DNA of 27,242 nucleotides from a virus (Duplodnaviria > Caudoviricetes), in the IMG/VR virus record IMGVR_UViG_3300010376_000112, positions 1 to 27,242 of that record; one strand, 5' to 3'. The stretch's first letter is position 1, and each line of letters starts with the position of its first letter. Positions 1 through 7,968 of the stretch are shown piece after piece. The notes beneath the pieces were generated by a model that saw only the letters and a program-made list of their open reading frames with translations, made no database searches and had not been told where the DNA came from. The translations under genes were made by a program, and so were the position numbers.

Positions 1-1261
1 AAGCGCGAGCACTGCCGTGATAGATTTCCTGTACATCGCTCCAGCGACTATTGCAATTAACAGGAATTATAGAGAAGTACCGACGAGCTTCTTCTTTAGT
101 GACCAGCTCACGGTACGCTTCAAAAAGCAGGTTGGCGCTTGAGTGCCCCAGCTCCAGCGAGGTCTTGGCGGCGTCCTGATGTAACGCCAGGTGGTAGGAA
201 GCAAAACTGTGGCGCAGGATGTCCTGGTGCCATTTGAGGCCGGCGGCTACGCGAGCTCGGTCACGAGCGCCACGATGCTCCTGGTAACTGAGCCGCTGGT
301 CGAGGAACGATTTAAACGGTTCAAGCCAAAGCACGAGGTTCTAGCTCATCTGCACAAACCGGCGCCGGCGGGTCTTGGATCGTTTAGCGCTGATCTCGAT
401 GTAACGCTTCTCGAAATTGAACGAGCGGGCCTCAAGCGTGAGCACTTCGCTGATCGGTCGTAGCCCCGCGAAGAGCCCAAGCACCAGGTCGGGGATAAAA
501 CGCTTCTCGGCCGCCTCCAGTAAGCGCGTGGCTTGCTCCACACTAAAGATAGTGACCGGTTCATTCTCGCGGGCTGGGATGCCTAGCTTGAGCGCCGGGT
601 TAGCGCTCGCGTGACCACGGTCGATGGCAAAGGCGAAGACAATCGCTAGGTAACGCCGGTAATTCTTAATCGTGGTTGAACGCAATGCTTTACGATCGTG
701 CCGGCGCTTGTCCGGCAAGCGTTCCCGCTCGGCCAGAAAATCTTCCAGATCCTTGACTTTGATATCGTCGCAGAACCGTTCGCCAAGGCTCAGGCAGATC
801 GTGCTCAGGTAACCCTTAAGGCCGCGAAGGTAATGCGGGCTCTTCTTATTGAATCGCTTGAATTCTAAGACGGCGTTGGACGCTTGGCGGAAGGTCCAGG
901 GATTGGCCAGCTTCTGCTCTTTGAGTTGCGGCAACACATAAGTTCGTACAGCCTCCGAAAGGCTCAGGCGATAGGGCCGCAGCATTTCAATCGATTCAAT
1001 ACACTCCTCGCGCGATGCAGGGCTAAGGCTAAGAAATGCTCTTTGGTTATCGACTCTTTCTTCGGTGACCTCTTGGACCCAAGATTCCGCTGCCGCCTGA
1101 GCCCACTTTACGTTCCCGTACTGAGAAAGTTTGAATCTGCGCCTTAATTTGCGACCGTGAACGCGGCCAGCATAGGCTTCAATGCTTAAAACAGCGCCGG
1201 TTGCTGGCGATAGGATTGGGCGAAAATCGCCCACCTTTTTCTGGGGGGATTTGGATTTCAT
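1..1261 (-). pseudogene. int: Tyrosine integrase interrupted by an in-frame TAG at 341-343; frame stays open to the window edge
   Basis: 306-aa ORF has GLFAGLRP (catalytic R) and KRSKT. After the TAG the same frame reads NLVLWLEPF...WHQDILRHSFASYHLALHQDAAKTSLELGHSSANLLFEAYRELVT, carrying the RH, LGH and Tyr motifs. Confidence 0.9.
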
Positions 1262-1542
1262 GGATTTAGCCCGGAAAAGTGGGCGAAAAAGTGCCCAAAC
1301 GCAAGTGAAAAGGCATTAACGTATACGAACCACCGTATTGCAATACGTCGTATAACTCGTACTGGTTGTTAACCTATTCGATCAACTTCCCTCGTAACCC
1401 GTTAGTAACCAGTACTTGCCGACCGGTGCCGATGGAGGGACTCGAACCCTCACCGAGATTTCTCTCGAACGGATTTTAAGTCCTGTGGGTCTCCATAGGA
1501 GAAACTAGGGTGCAATACGATTTTTGCCCAGTTTTTCGCCCG
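1217..1542. repeat. Putative integrase arm-type sites flanking the att core
   Basis: TGGGCGAAAA at 1217-1226 and 1280-1289; inverted copies TTTTTGCCCA at 1521-1530 and TTTTTCGCCC at 1532-1541; palindrome CGTATTGCAATACG at 1334-1347 with TGCAATACG repeated at 1511-1519. Confidence 0.6.
1425..1483 (-). tRNA. 3' half of tRNA-Leu(UAA), truncated; att core
   Basis: Minus strand: GGA-CTTAAAA-TCC anticodon loop, long variable arm CGAGA-GAAA-TCTCG, T arm GAGGG-TTCGAGT-CCCTC, acceptor strand CATCGGC-A-CC. No complementary 5' GCCGATG upstream, and only 3 bp of the anticodon stem pair. Confidence 0.88.
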
Positions 1543-1728
1543 ACTCATGGATTAAAGAAGTTAAAAGCGCCGGCATTGCGCGCCTGTGCACTTTTAGTGA
1601 ACTGACCGATCAGCTTTTACAGAATCCGGTCGAATAACTGTCTGAGCCAGACCGAACGCGGTAAGCCGGCCTCGGCGCTCAAAATTAATTCAAGGTTTCT
1701 TGAAATAATCCTTTACTTTTATCTAGCA

Positions 1729-1962
1729 ATGTCGTATTACTTAGATATGGACAAAATCAAATTCACTCGATCATACAGCAGAACCAACGGTAACAATATG
1801 TGGGTTTGCGGCGACTACGTAATCGTTCGCAATGGTTCAGCATATTGGGGCTATACGGGCTATGAGCTGACCTTTAAAGGGATGCACTTGACGTTAACTG
1901 ACAAATTTGGGCAAGCGGTGAACGAGGCGCGCCTTTATGCAAGCAAAAACAATGAAAATTAA
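1729..1962 (+). CDS. Hypothetical protein (likely start at ATG 1747)
   Basis: ORF opposite to the late operon, preceded by an AT-rich promoter-like stretch at 1681-1746. Confidence 0.7.
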   Translation: MSYYLDMDKIKFTRSYSRTNGNNMWVCGDYVIVRNGSAYWGYTGYELTFKGMHLTLTDKFGQAVNEARLYASKNNEN

Positions 1963-2074
1963 CCTGACTGATATTGAAGTAAAATACCTCATAGCTTTGC
2001 TCAGAAACCAACTTTCAGAGGAAGCCGAAGAGATTCTTTGGAAGCTAGGGTTTAGGTATCCAAAAGCCAAATGA
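1952..2074 (+). CDS. Hypothetical 40-aa protein MKINLTDIEVKYLIALLRNQLSEEAEEILWKLGFRYPKAK
   Basis: Translated by hand; overlaps the previous stop and fills the gap before the next ORF. Confidence 0.65.
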   Translation: MKINLTDIEVKYLIALLRNQLSEEAEEILWKLGFRYPKAK

Positions 2075-2092
2075 ACCCTTTGTGAAGTGTTT

Positions 2093-2278
2093 ATGGCTGA
2101 AGAACGCACAAAACACGGCGGGGCACGCAAGGGAGCTGGTCGCAAACCGACTGGCTCAACTCAAGTCGTTCTCTCAATCAAGCTCGATCCAAAGATCCTT
2201 CTCGATCTTCGTAATCAAATTCCGAGCGGCAAACGCAGCGCTTTTGTCGCCAAAGCGATCGTAGCGGCATTAGAATAG
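2093..2278 (+). CDS. Small DNA-binding protein (GGARxGAGRKP motif plus ribbon-helix-helix-like part)
   Basis: HGGARKGAGRKP followed by VVLSIKLDPKILLDL...RSAFVAKAI, a CopG/RHH-like pattern. Confidence 0.7.
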   Translation: MAEERTKHGGARKGAGRKPTGSTQVVLSIKLDPKILLDLRNQIPSGKRSAFVAKAIVAALE

Positions 2279-2336
2279 GCCGCATCCTGGCCGTGCGTTT
2301 TTCCTTCGAAGTACTCTTCCGGCTTTTGCGGAGCTT

Positions 2337-2996
2337 TTAATGCAAAAGTTTATCCCAGAATGTCGGCCCCTGTTTCTTCACGCGCCGAATCGTTTTGGAA
2401 AGCTGCTGCTGTTTTCTGGCAAGCGCTTGTTGCTGAGCACGAATCTCAGCCTTGTCTCCAGAGGTCACCACTTTGGTCGCAACGACACTTGCCGTACGGC
2501 CGCTGGTTGCCGCGGCGGCTCCCGCTCGCGCCGCTGCTACGCCGGCGCTCCCGGCTGCGGATTCGGCCGCTACCTCACTTTTAATGGCGGCTGTTTTGGC
2601 AACCTGGATAGCTTCCAAGACCAATCGATTGGTATCGTTGGTTGTGGCTAAGGCCGATTTAACATCATCATCGATCCCTTGAGTCTGAGCAACCAATGCC
2701 TCGATCTGGCGTTGCGCTGCCGTAAAAGCCAAAGATCGTTGGCGTTCGGCATTCTGAGCGGTTTGCGCTACCTCATCGGCTTTAAGTGCTTGAGCCCGCA
2801 CAACATCAAGCTCGTGACTTTGGGCTTTTAACAATTTTTCCAGAGCTCTGTTGGTCCGGTCAAACTTGACCCACATGATACCAAGCGAGATTGCTACGAT
2901 GCATAGATGCGCGCCCCAGAACAATAGATCATTGGCGCTTTCCGGACTAAACCGGCGTTTGCGTTTTTGTGCTGCCGGCGTTTCAATTTGGGTCAC
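2337..2996 (-). CDS. Membrane-anchored coiled-coil protein, possibly lysis (spanin-like)
   Basis: Probable GTG start at 2996 (the longer ORF overlaps the upstream gene); one hydrophobic segment LLFWGAHLCIVAISLGIMWV, then Ala/Gln-rich helices; last gene of the late operon. Confidence 0.6.
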   Translation of the reverse strand: MTQIETPAAQKRKRRFSPESANDLLFWGAHLCIVAISLGIMWVKFDRTNRALEKLLKAQSHELDVVRAQALKADEVAQTAQNAERQRSLAFTAAQRQIEALVAQTQGIDDDVKSALATTNDTNRLVLEAIQVAKTAAIKSEVAAESAAGSAGVAAARAGAAAATSGRTASVVATKVVTSGDKAEIRAQQQALARKQQQLSKTIRRVKKQGPTFWDKLLH

Positions 2997-3300
2997 CGCG
3001 TTTTTGCTCGAGTCGCTCGAGCCGGCGATCGATTCGTTCAAAAATGACCGAGTTGCGTTCGATGACTTTTCCAGCGTCCTGGACCATGGTTCGAAGACTG
3101 TCGATATATTCTCGTCGCTCGGTTTCATGGGCTTTTTGAAGAGCTGCCATGTCTTTACGGGTCTGGGAGATGAACAGCCAGCAGATCCCAAGCACCAGCG
3201 CGAATAACCCGATATTCAGTGCCTGGATCGGCCAGGAGCCAACGCGCTCGACTCCCTTTAAGGCTTCGTCGATCACTTCGCTTTGCAGAGCCAGAGTCAT
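2983..3300 (-). CDS. Putative holin-like protein (single TM plus coiled coil)
   Basis: IGLFALVLGICWLFI followed by a charged coiled coil; lies directly after the fibre genes. Confidence 0.55.
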   Translation of the reverse strand: MTLALQSEVIDEALKGVERVGSWPIQALNIGLFALVLGICWLFISQTRKDMAALQKAHETERREYIDSLRTMVQDAGKVIERNSVIFERIDRRLERLEQKRGDPN

Positions 3301-3315
3301 TCATAGAGGGATTAT

Positions 3316-4586
3316 GCCATAAGCTTTTACCAGCTGGTGTCGGCGGCGTAGCCAAAAGCCACTGCGTTATAATTACCTGCAGGCAGAGCAGTCGCTAAAT
3401 TCAATGCGATAATGCCTTTGGAAGAGTGGCTGAGGCTGTTAACAGTCACTGCTCCGGTGGCAGTTTGATAACCTTGGTTTGGCGTTGTACCATTGTAGGC
3501 GGTTATAGTAGCTGCCTGTTTAGCCAATTCCACTTCATACGGCCAGAAACCTTGTGCCACGGCATAGCCTGGAACAGCAGGCAACATAGCCATCATATTG
3601 CCAGTCGATCCTACTTTCACATTATAAGACTGATCTTTGGCATAGTATCGTTTACAGGATCTCAGGTTCTGCTCGAACGGGCAGTCGATCAGGGTCGAGC
3701 AGACGGGGCCGGGCTCGTGCTGGATGAATCCGATTATGAAAGTATTGCCAGTCGTTGCAAACAGGTTGCTCATACCTGGTGCGCCCACAAAGTTTCCGGT
3801 ATTCCATACGTCCAGAGAAGGCGCGGTAAAAGTGGTGCCACTGCCTAAGCAGACTCCGAGAACATAAGCATTGCTTCCAGGCGTTAAAGGAAAACTGCCA
3901 CTAGTTGGCTTAAGGATATTCGGAAGCGTTATCAGTGTCCATGTATTAGCACTTGGAATCGTACAGAGCTTGACCAGACTTACTGTCTGAGCGCCGTTGC
4001 GCAGCGAAACAGCGAACTTAAATCCTGCTATTGAACAATAAACCAGAAGCGAAATCGAAGTAACATCATTGGCAAGTTCGCGCCACACCGGCCCCTCAAT
4101 GTTCTGGTAAAAAGCAAATAAACTTCCAGCAGCCAAGGATGCTTCGGCTGTTGTCGATTGAATGTTAACTTGAGCTTGAGATATCTGGAACGATGTTCCT
4201 GGAACTACTATAGTTTGGCCTTGGTTAGCCTGCCAACTGGCTCGCAGTGTACCGCCTGTGGAAATCCCCCATCGATCTTGAACCATGCCATTTGGAACAT
4301 TGGCAATAGCGGTAAAAACATTCCGCTGATCCACCTCGAAGGTCGGGTTGCCAATCGCGTTGAAGGAACGGAGGCGTACACTCCAGATCTGGCCCTGCGG
4401 AACCAGGATTTGGTTGTCACTGCCGATCGTAGCGATGTTGCCGGCGTCAGAACTGACCACAATCGGCCCGGGTAAGCCTTGCACGCCTTGTGCGCCACCT
4501 GGGCCGACGGCAGAGCCGCTTGGGACACTGGTGCCTGGAACTGCGGTGCCTGGAGTTGTTGCCATAAGCTTTTACCAGCCGGTGTC
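3316..4586. repeat. 26-bp direct repeat spanning fibre C-terminus, stop and next start (3316-3341 and 4561-4586)
   Basis: GCCATAAGCTTTTACCAGC(T/C)GGTGTC, 1 mismatch. Confidence 0.9.
3327..4565 (-). CDS. Tail fibre / receptor-binding protein A (412 aa)
   Basis: Short Gly-X-Y stretch, SSDAGNIATIGSDNQILVP linker, then a beta-rich domain ending C..YY...DTSW that is paralogous to the C-terminus of the upstream fibre. Confidence 0.8.
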   Translation of the reverse strand: MATTPGTAVPGTSVPSGSAVGPGGAQGVQGLPGPIVVSSDAGNIATIGSDNQILVPQGQIWSVRLRSFNAIGNPTFEVDQRNVFTAIANVPNGMVQDRWGISTGGTLRASWQANQGQTIVVPGTSFQISQAQVNIQSTTAEASLAAGSLFAFYQNIEGPVWRELANDVTSISLLVYCSIAGFKFAVSLRNGAQTVSLVKLCTIPSANTWTLITLPNILKPTSGSFPLTPGSNAYVLGVCLGSGTTFTAPSLDVWNTGNFVGAPGMSNLFATTGNTFIIGFIQHEPGPVCSTLIDCPFEQNLRSCKRYYAKDQSYNVKVGSTGNMMAMLPAVPGYAVAQGFWPYEVELAKQAATITAYNGTTPNQGYQTATGAVTVNSLSHSSKGIIALNLATALPAGNYNAVAFGYAADTSW

Positions 4587-4988
4587 TAAAACATAGTGAT
4601 ATGTATAGTTGGTTGCTGAAGCGTTTTGCGTGCTTAAACTCCACCCTGAAAAACCGGAATCGCCCGGCGCCGTAAATAACCCGCTGATAGCACGATCTAC
4701 CGCCGAGTTAACATCTCGTACATTATTGGCGGCACCCGTAGCAGGAGAATAACCGGTAATTGTTGGCACTTTAGCCATCGTGCGCCGGAAACTGATTGGT
4801 CCCGCAATGCCCGCTGAAGCAGTCGCATTTAACCCCAGGCATCCGTTATTGGTAACCGTCCCAGGTTTCGTGCCATACGGGTAGGTAGTCTGAAAATATC
4901 TCTGGCACCCCATTGGCCCATCCAGATTAACTCCGAACGGACAGTCGATCAGGGTCGAGCAGACGGGGCCGGGCTCGTGCTGGACGAA
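3674..4988. repeat. 55-bp direct repeat (3674-3728 and 4934-4988) encoding [16 protein letters not shown]
   Basis: 2 mismatches; 43-bp perfect core at 3682-3724 and 4942-4984. Confidence 0.95.
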
Positions 4989-5664
4989 GGCGACTGAGAA
5001 CACGGTATTAACCGGTAACGCAGCAAAATTGTCCTGACCGACAGCCCCGATGAAATTGCCCGCCACCCAATTGTCATTGGCGCTGGTTGTATATGTCGTA
5101 CCGCAAGCCAAAGAAATCCTTAGCAAGTATCCAAGGTTTCCCGGCGTTATATTCCAAGCAGCCGATGGAGTCCACACAGGCAGATTTGGTAATGGGATCA
5201 ATTGCCAAGTATTAATCGCTGCTGAAAGAGTGCACAGCTTACTTAAACTATAAGTCGTTGCTCCATTAACCAAAGTGACGCCGAACTTCAGCGGAGTCGA
5301 AGTGCACTTTACCAATAACGATAACGAATGAACACCGGCCAACAACTCTCTTAAATTTGGTCCTTCTACATTATGAGTGATCACTAGATAATCACCGGCA
5401 CCCAACGATGCCTGCTGCGTTTGCACCGTGAGATCCAAACGATTCTGGGTGATTTGAAAATTGGTGCCTGGAACAAAGGCGGCCGTGTCAGGCTGTTGCA
5501 CCGTGCCGATGCCCATCGGAGAGGCGCCTTTACTAACGGCCCACCGATCCAAAGGCCAAACAGCAACGGTTGATAGAGCTATCGAAGTGGCCGGGGATCG
5601 CTGGTTCACCTCGAAGGTCGGGTTGCCAATCGCGTTAAAGCTTCTGAGCCGGACACTCCAGATC
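4332..5664. repeat. Direct repeat encoding [19 protein letters not shown] (4332-4389 and 5607-5664)
   Basis: 30-bp perfect block (4332-4361, 5607-5636) plus 12-bp perfect block (4378-4389, 5653-5664). Confidence 0.95.
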
Positions 5665-7625
5665 GTCGGCGTAACCGCATTGGCGAGGTTCTGGCAAGTG
5701 TTGGTGCCGTCTACAAAATCGGTCGTATTACCTGAGAGCTGTTTTAAAAGTCCGGCTTGTGTTGAATCGGCGGGCGGAATACTCGGTACCGCAGGCGGGT
5801 TCAGCAAAGTTAAAGTGTTCCCAGCAATCGCTGTAATCTGCAAGGCCCCAGAATTGCCGCCTCCGCCGGCGTTGCCGACAGTGACCATCTCGCCAACTTG
5901 CGCCCAGCTTGCGTCATTAACCGTGACCGTAGTGCTCGAACCGACGGCCGGCACCGTAAAGTTGGCACTGGTAATCGTAAAAGAATTTGCCCCGGCTGTT
6001 CCGGTTGCGCCAGGATTCCCCTGCGGCCCTTGGCTACCAGTTGCACCTGTCGCTCCTTGCGGACCAGTTGCGCCAGCAGCCCCTTGTGCTCCTTGCGCCC
6101 CAGTCGGACCCTGCGGGCCGGTAGCACCTGTTGGCCCAGGTACAGTCGAATCTGCGCCGGCAGGCCCTTGTGGGCCGGTTGAACCTTGCGCTCCGGTCGC
6201 CCCGGCTACACCGGCCGGGATTGTAAAATTAAAGACTGCCGCCGATGTAGTGCCAGTATTAGTAACAACAGCATTAGTGCCAGGTATACCGGTTGTTGTT
6301 GTGCCAACATTAACGGTTGCCGCTGCGCCAGCTGACCCGGTCGCTCCAGTCGGTCCTGCCGGTCCAGTCGCGCCTGCCGGCCCGGTCGGGCCTGGAACCG
6401 TTGATGCTGCACCAGTCGGACCCTGTGCACCCTGCGGTCCTGTTGGTCCAGCCGGTCCAGCCGGGCCTGGCACAGTTGAATCGGCGCCGGCAGGACCGGC
6501 TGCACCCTGCGCACCCTGCGGCCCGGTTGCGCCCTGTGCCCCAGCCGGTCCTTGTGCTCCTGCCGGTCCTTGGGCGCCCGTGGCTCCGGTTGCCCCGGTA
6601 GCACCTGTTGCACCAGGCGGGCCAGCAGGTCCAGGGACAGTCGAGTCTGCGCCTCCGGGGCCTTGCGGCCCAGTCGGCCCTGCGGGTCCGGTCGCACCTG
6701 GGCCGCCACTCCCAGCCATAAGACTCCAGTGAGCTGTGTCGGTCGATGGCGGTCCTGTTAGCCCGGGTGAGATGCAGATATAGCTTTGGTTCTGGTACGA
6801 AGCCGAATCGTAAACTGCATAAGTAGTGGTGCTGGCCCACACTCCGCGCCAGTTAATTCCTTGGCCTGCCGGCCCTTGCGGTCCTGTCGCTCCAGCCGGT
6901 CCTATTGGGCCGGTAGCTCCAGTTGGCCCTTGGGCTCCAGTCGCTCCGGTTGTTCCCGTCGCTCCAGTAGCACCTTGCGACCCCGTCGCGCCTGTGGCTC
7001 CAGTCGGCCCGGGTACAGTCGACGCTGCACCCTGCGGACCTGCCGGCCCAGTAGCACCCGTAGCCCCTGTGGCTCCGGTCAAACCGGTCGGTCCTTGGGG
7101 GCCGGTAGCTCCAGCCGATCCTGTTGCTCCAATCGGTCCCTGTGGCCCAACCGGGCCTTGCGCCCCGTTTAACCCGGCAGCGCCGGTTGGCCCTGGATCG
7201 CCCTTTGGCCCTTGTGCTCCGGTGGCACCAGCAGGGCCCGTTGCACCCGCTGGACCTGTTGGCCCAGGCACAGTTGAGGCTGCGCCGGTCGGTCCTTGCG
7301 GGCCAGTTGCCCCAGTCGCGCCTGCTGGTCCTTGGGGACCGGGCACGGTTGAGGCGGCTCCAGTTGCGCCCTGCGGCCCCGTCAGCCCAATCGGTCCTTG
7401 AGCCCCAGGTGCGCCCGCAGGGCCTTGAGCACCTGTCGCACCTGTTGCCCCAGGCGGCCCAGTTGGCCCAGTCGGCCCGATCGGTCCTGGCGGCCCTGCG
7501 CCTGCCACAACCCCGCTACCGCTAATCGGAAAGACCAATTGTGGTGTGTCCAGATCAAACTCAATCGTCGGCGATTCGAGATCGACCTGGACGTCTGCGC
7601 CGTCGATAATTACGTCAATGGTCAT
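4572..7625 (-). CDS. Collagen-like tail fibre B (1017 aa) with C-terminal receptor-binding domain
   Basis: Long Gly-X-Y tracts with seven STVPGP interruptions; [19 protein letters not shown]...W carbohydrate-binding-like motif; VGTTTTG.PGTNA.VTN...FNFTIP motif; C-terminal domain shared with fibre A. Confidence 0.88.
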   Translation of the reverse strand: MTIDVIIDGADVQVDLESPTIEFDLDTPQLVFPISGSGVVAGAGPPGPIGPTGPTGPPGATGATGAQGPAGAPGAQGPIGLTGPQGATGAASTVPGPQGPAGATGATGPQGPTGAASTVPGPTGPAGATGPAGATGAQGPKGDPGPTGAAGLNGAQGPVGPQGPIGATGSAGATGPQGPTGLTGATGATGATGPAGPQGAASTVPGPTGATGATGSQGATGATGTTGATGAQGPTGATGPIGPAGATGPQGPAGQGINWRGVWASTTTYAVYDSASYQNQSYICISPGLTGPPSTDTAHWSLMAGSGGPGATGPAGPTGPQGPGGADSTVPGPAGPPGATGATGATGATGAQGPAGAQGPAGAQGATGPQGAQGAAGPAGADSTVPGPAGPAGPTGPQGAQGPTGAASTVPGPTGPAGATGPAGPTGATGSAGAAATVNVGTTTTGIPGTNAVVTNTGTTSAAVFNFTIPAGVAGATGAQGSTGPQGPAGADSTVPGPTGATGPQGPTGAQGAQGAAGATGPQGATGATGSQGPQGNPGATGTAGANSFTITSANFTVPAVGSSTTVTVNDASWAQVGEMVTVGNAGGGGNSGALQITAIAGNTLTLLNPPAVPSIPPADSTQAGLLKQLSGNTTDFVDGTNTCQNLANAVTPTIWSVRLRSFNAIGNPTFEVNQRSPATSIALSTVAVWPLDRWAVSKGASPMGIGTVQQPDTAAFVPGTNFQITQNRLDLTVQTQQASLGAGDYLVITHNVEGPNLRELLAGVHSLSLLVKCTSTPLKFGVTLVNGATTYSLSKLCTLSAAINTWQLIPLPNLPVWTPSAAWNITPGNLGYLLRISLACGTTYTTSANDNWVAGNFIGAVGQDNFAALPVNTVFSVAFVQHEPGPVCSTLIDCPFGVNLDGPMGCQRYFQTTYPYGTKPGTVTNNGCLGLNATASAGIAGPISFRRTMAKVPTITGYSPATGAANNVRDVNSAVDRAISGLFTAPGDSGFSGWSLSTQNASATNYTYHYVLDTGW

Positions 7626-7963
7626 GCGGTACGGGTAGTTACGCTTTGAATGATCTTGATTTCAAAAGGCTCAATAACGGTGCTGCGCGTTGTTGGTCCC
7701 TGGCCGGTAGCCCATTTCTTCACATCCAGCCAGTAGGTGCCGGCTGCCAACGGCCCGACATTGAAAGTCACTTTACCGGTGGCGTCTCCGATCACGTTCT
7801 GCCACTGAACGCCTTGGGTATCGTCACTATCCTCTGGAACCGTCTTGATGGTCATCCCCAAGGTTGAACCGGTCAGATTGTAGGCAACCCCGTTTTTGGT
7901 GAAGGTCAGCGCCAGCGGATAAACGTCGCCGCTGCACAGGGTTTGAGGAAAGATGTTCAGCAT
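7622..7963 (-). CDS. Small beta-rich fibre adaptor (BppU N-terminal-like)
   Basis: [23 protein letters not shown]...GTYWLDV pattern; lies between two fibre genes. Confidence 0.55.
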   Translation of the reverse strand: MLNIFPQTLCSGDVYPLALTFTKNGVAYNLTGSTLGMTIKTVPEDSDDTQGVQWQNVIGDATGKVTFNVGPLAAGTYWLDVKKWATGQGPTTRSTVIEPFEIKIIQSVTTRTA

Positions 7964-7968
7964 GTGCT

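Noticed and set aside
1425-1510. Complete functional tRNA-Leu gene
   Set aside because: No 5' acceptor strand and a broken anticodon stem; the upstream GGAGACCCA only loosely resembles a D-arm
3327-5664. Fibre repeats as a DGR template/variable pair or an invertible shufflon
   Set aside because: No reverse transcriptase or invertase in the window, repeats are direct and short, both copies are coding, and differences are not adenine-specific
5461-7564. Long plus-strand and alternative-frame ORFs (423 aa, 191 aa and others) over the collagen gene
   Set aside because: Shadow ORFs produced by the GC-rich Gly-X-Y codon pattern, which lacks stops in other frames
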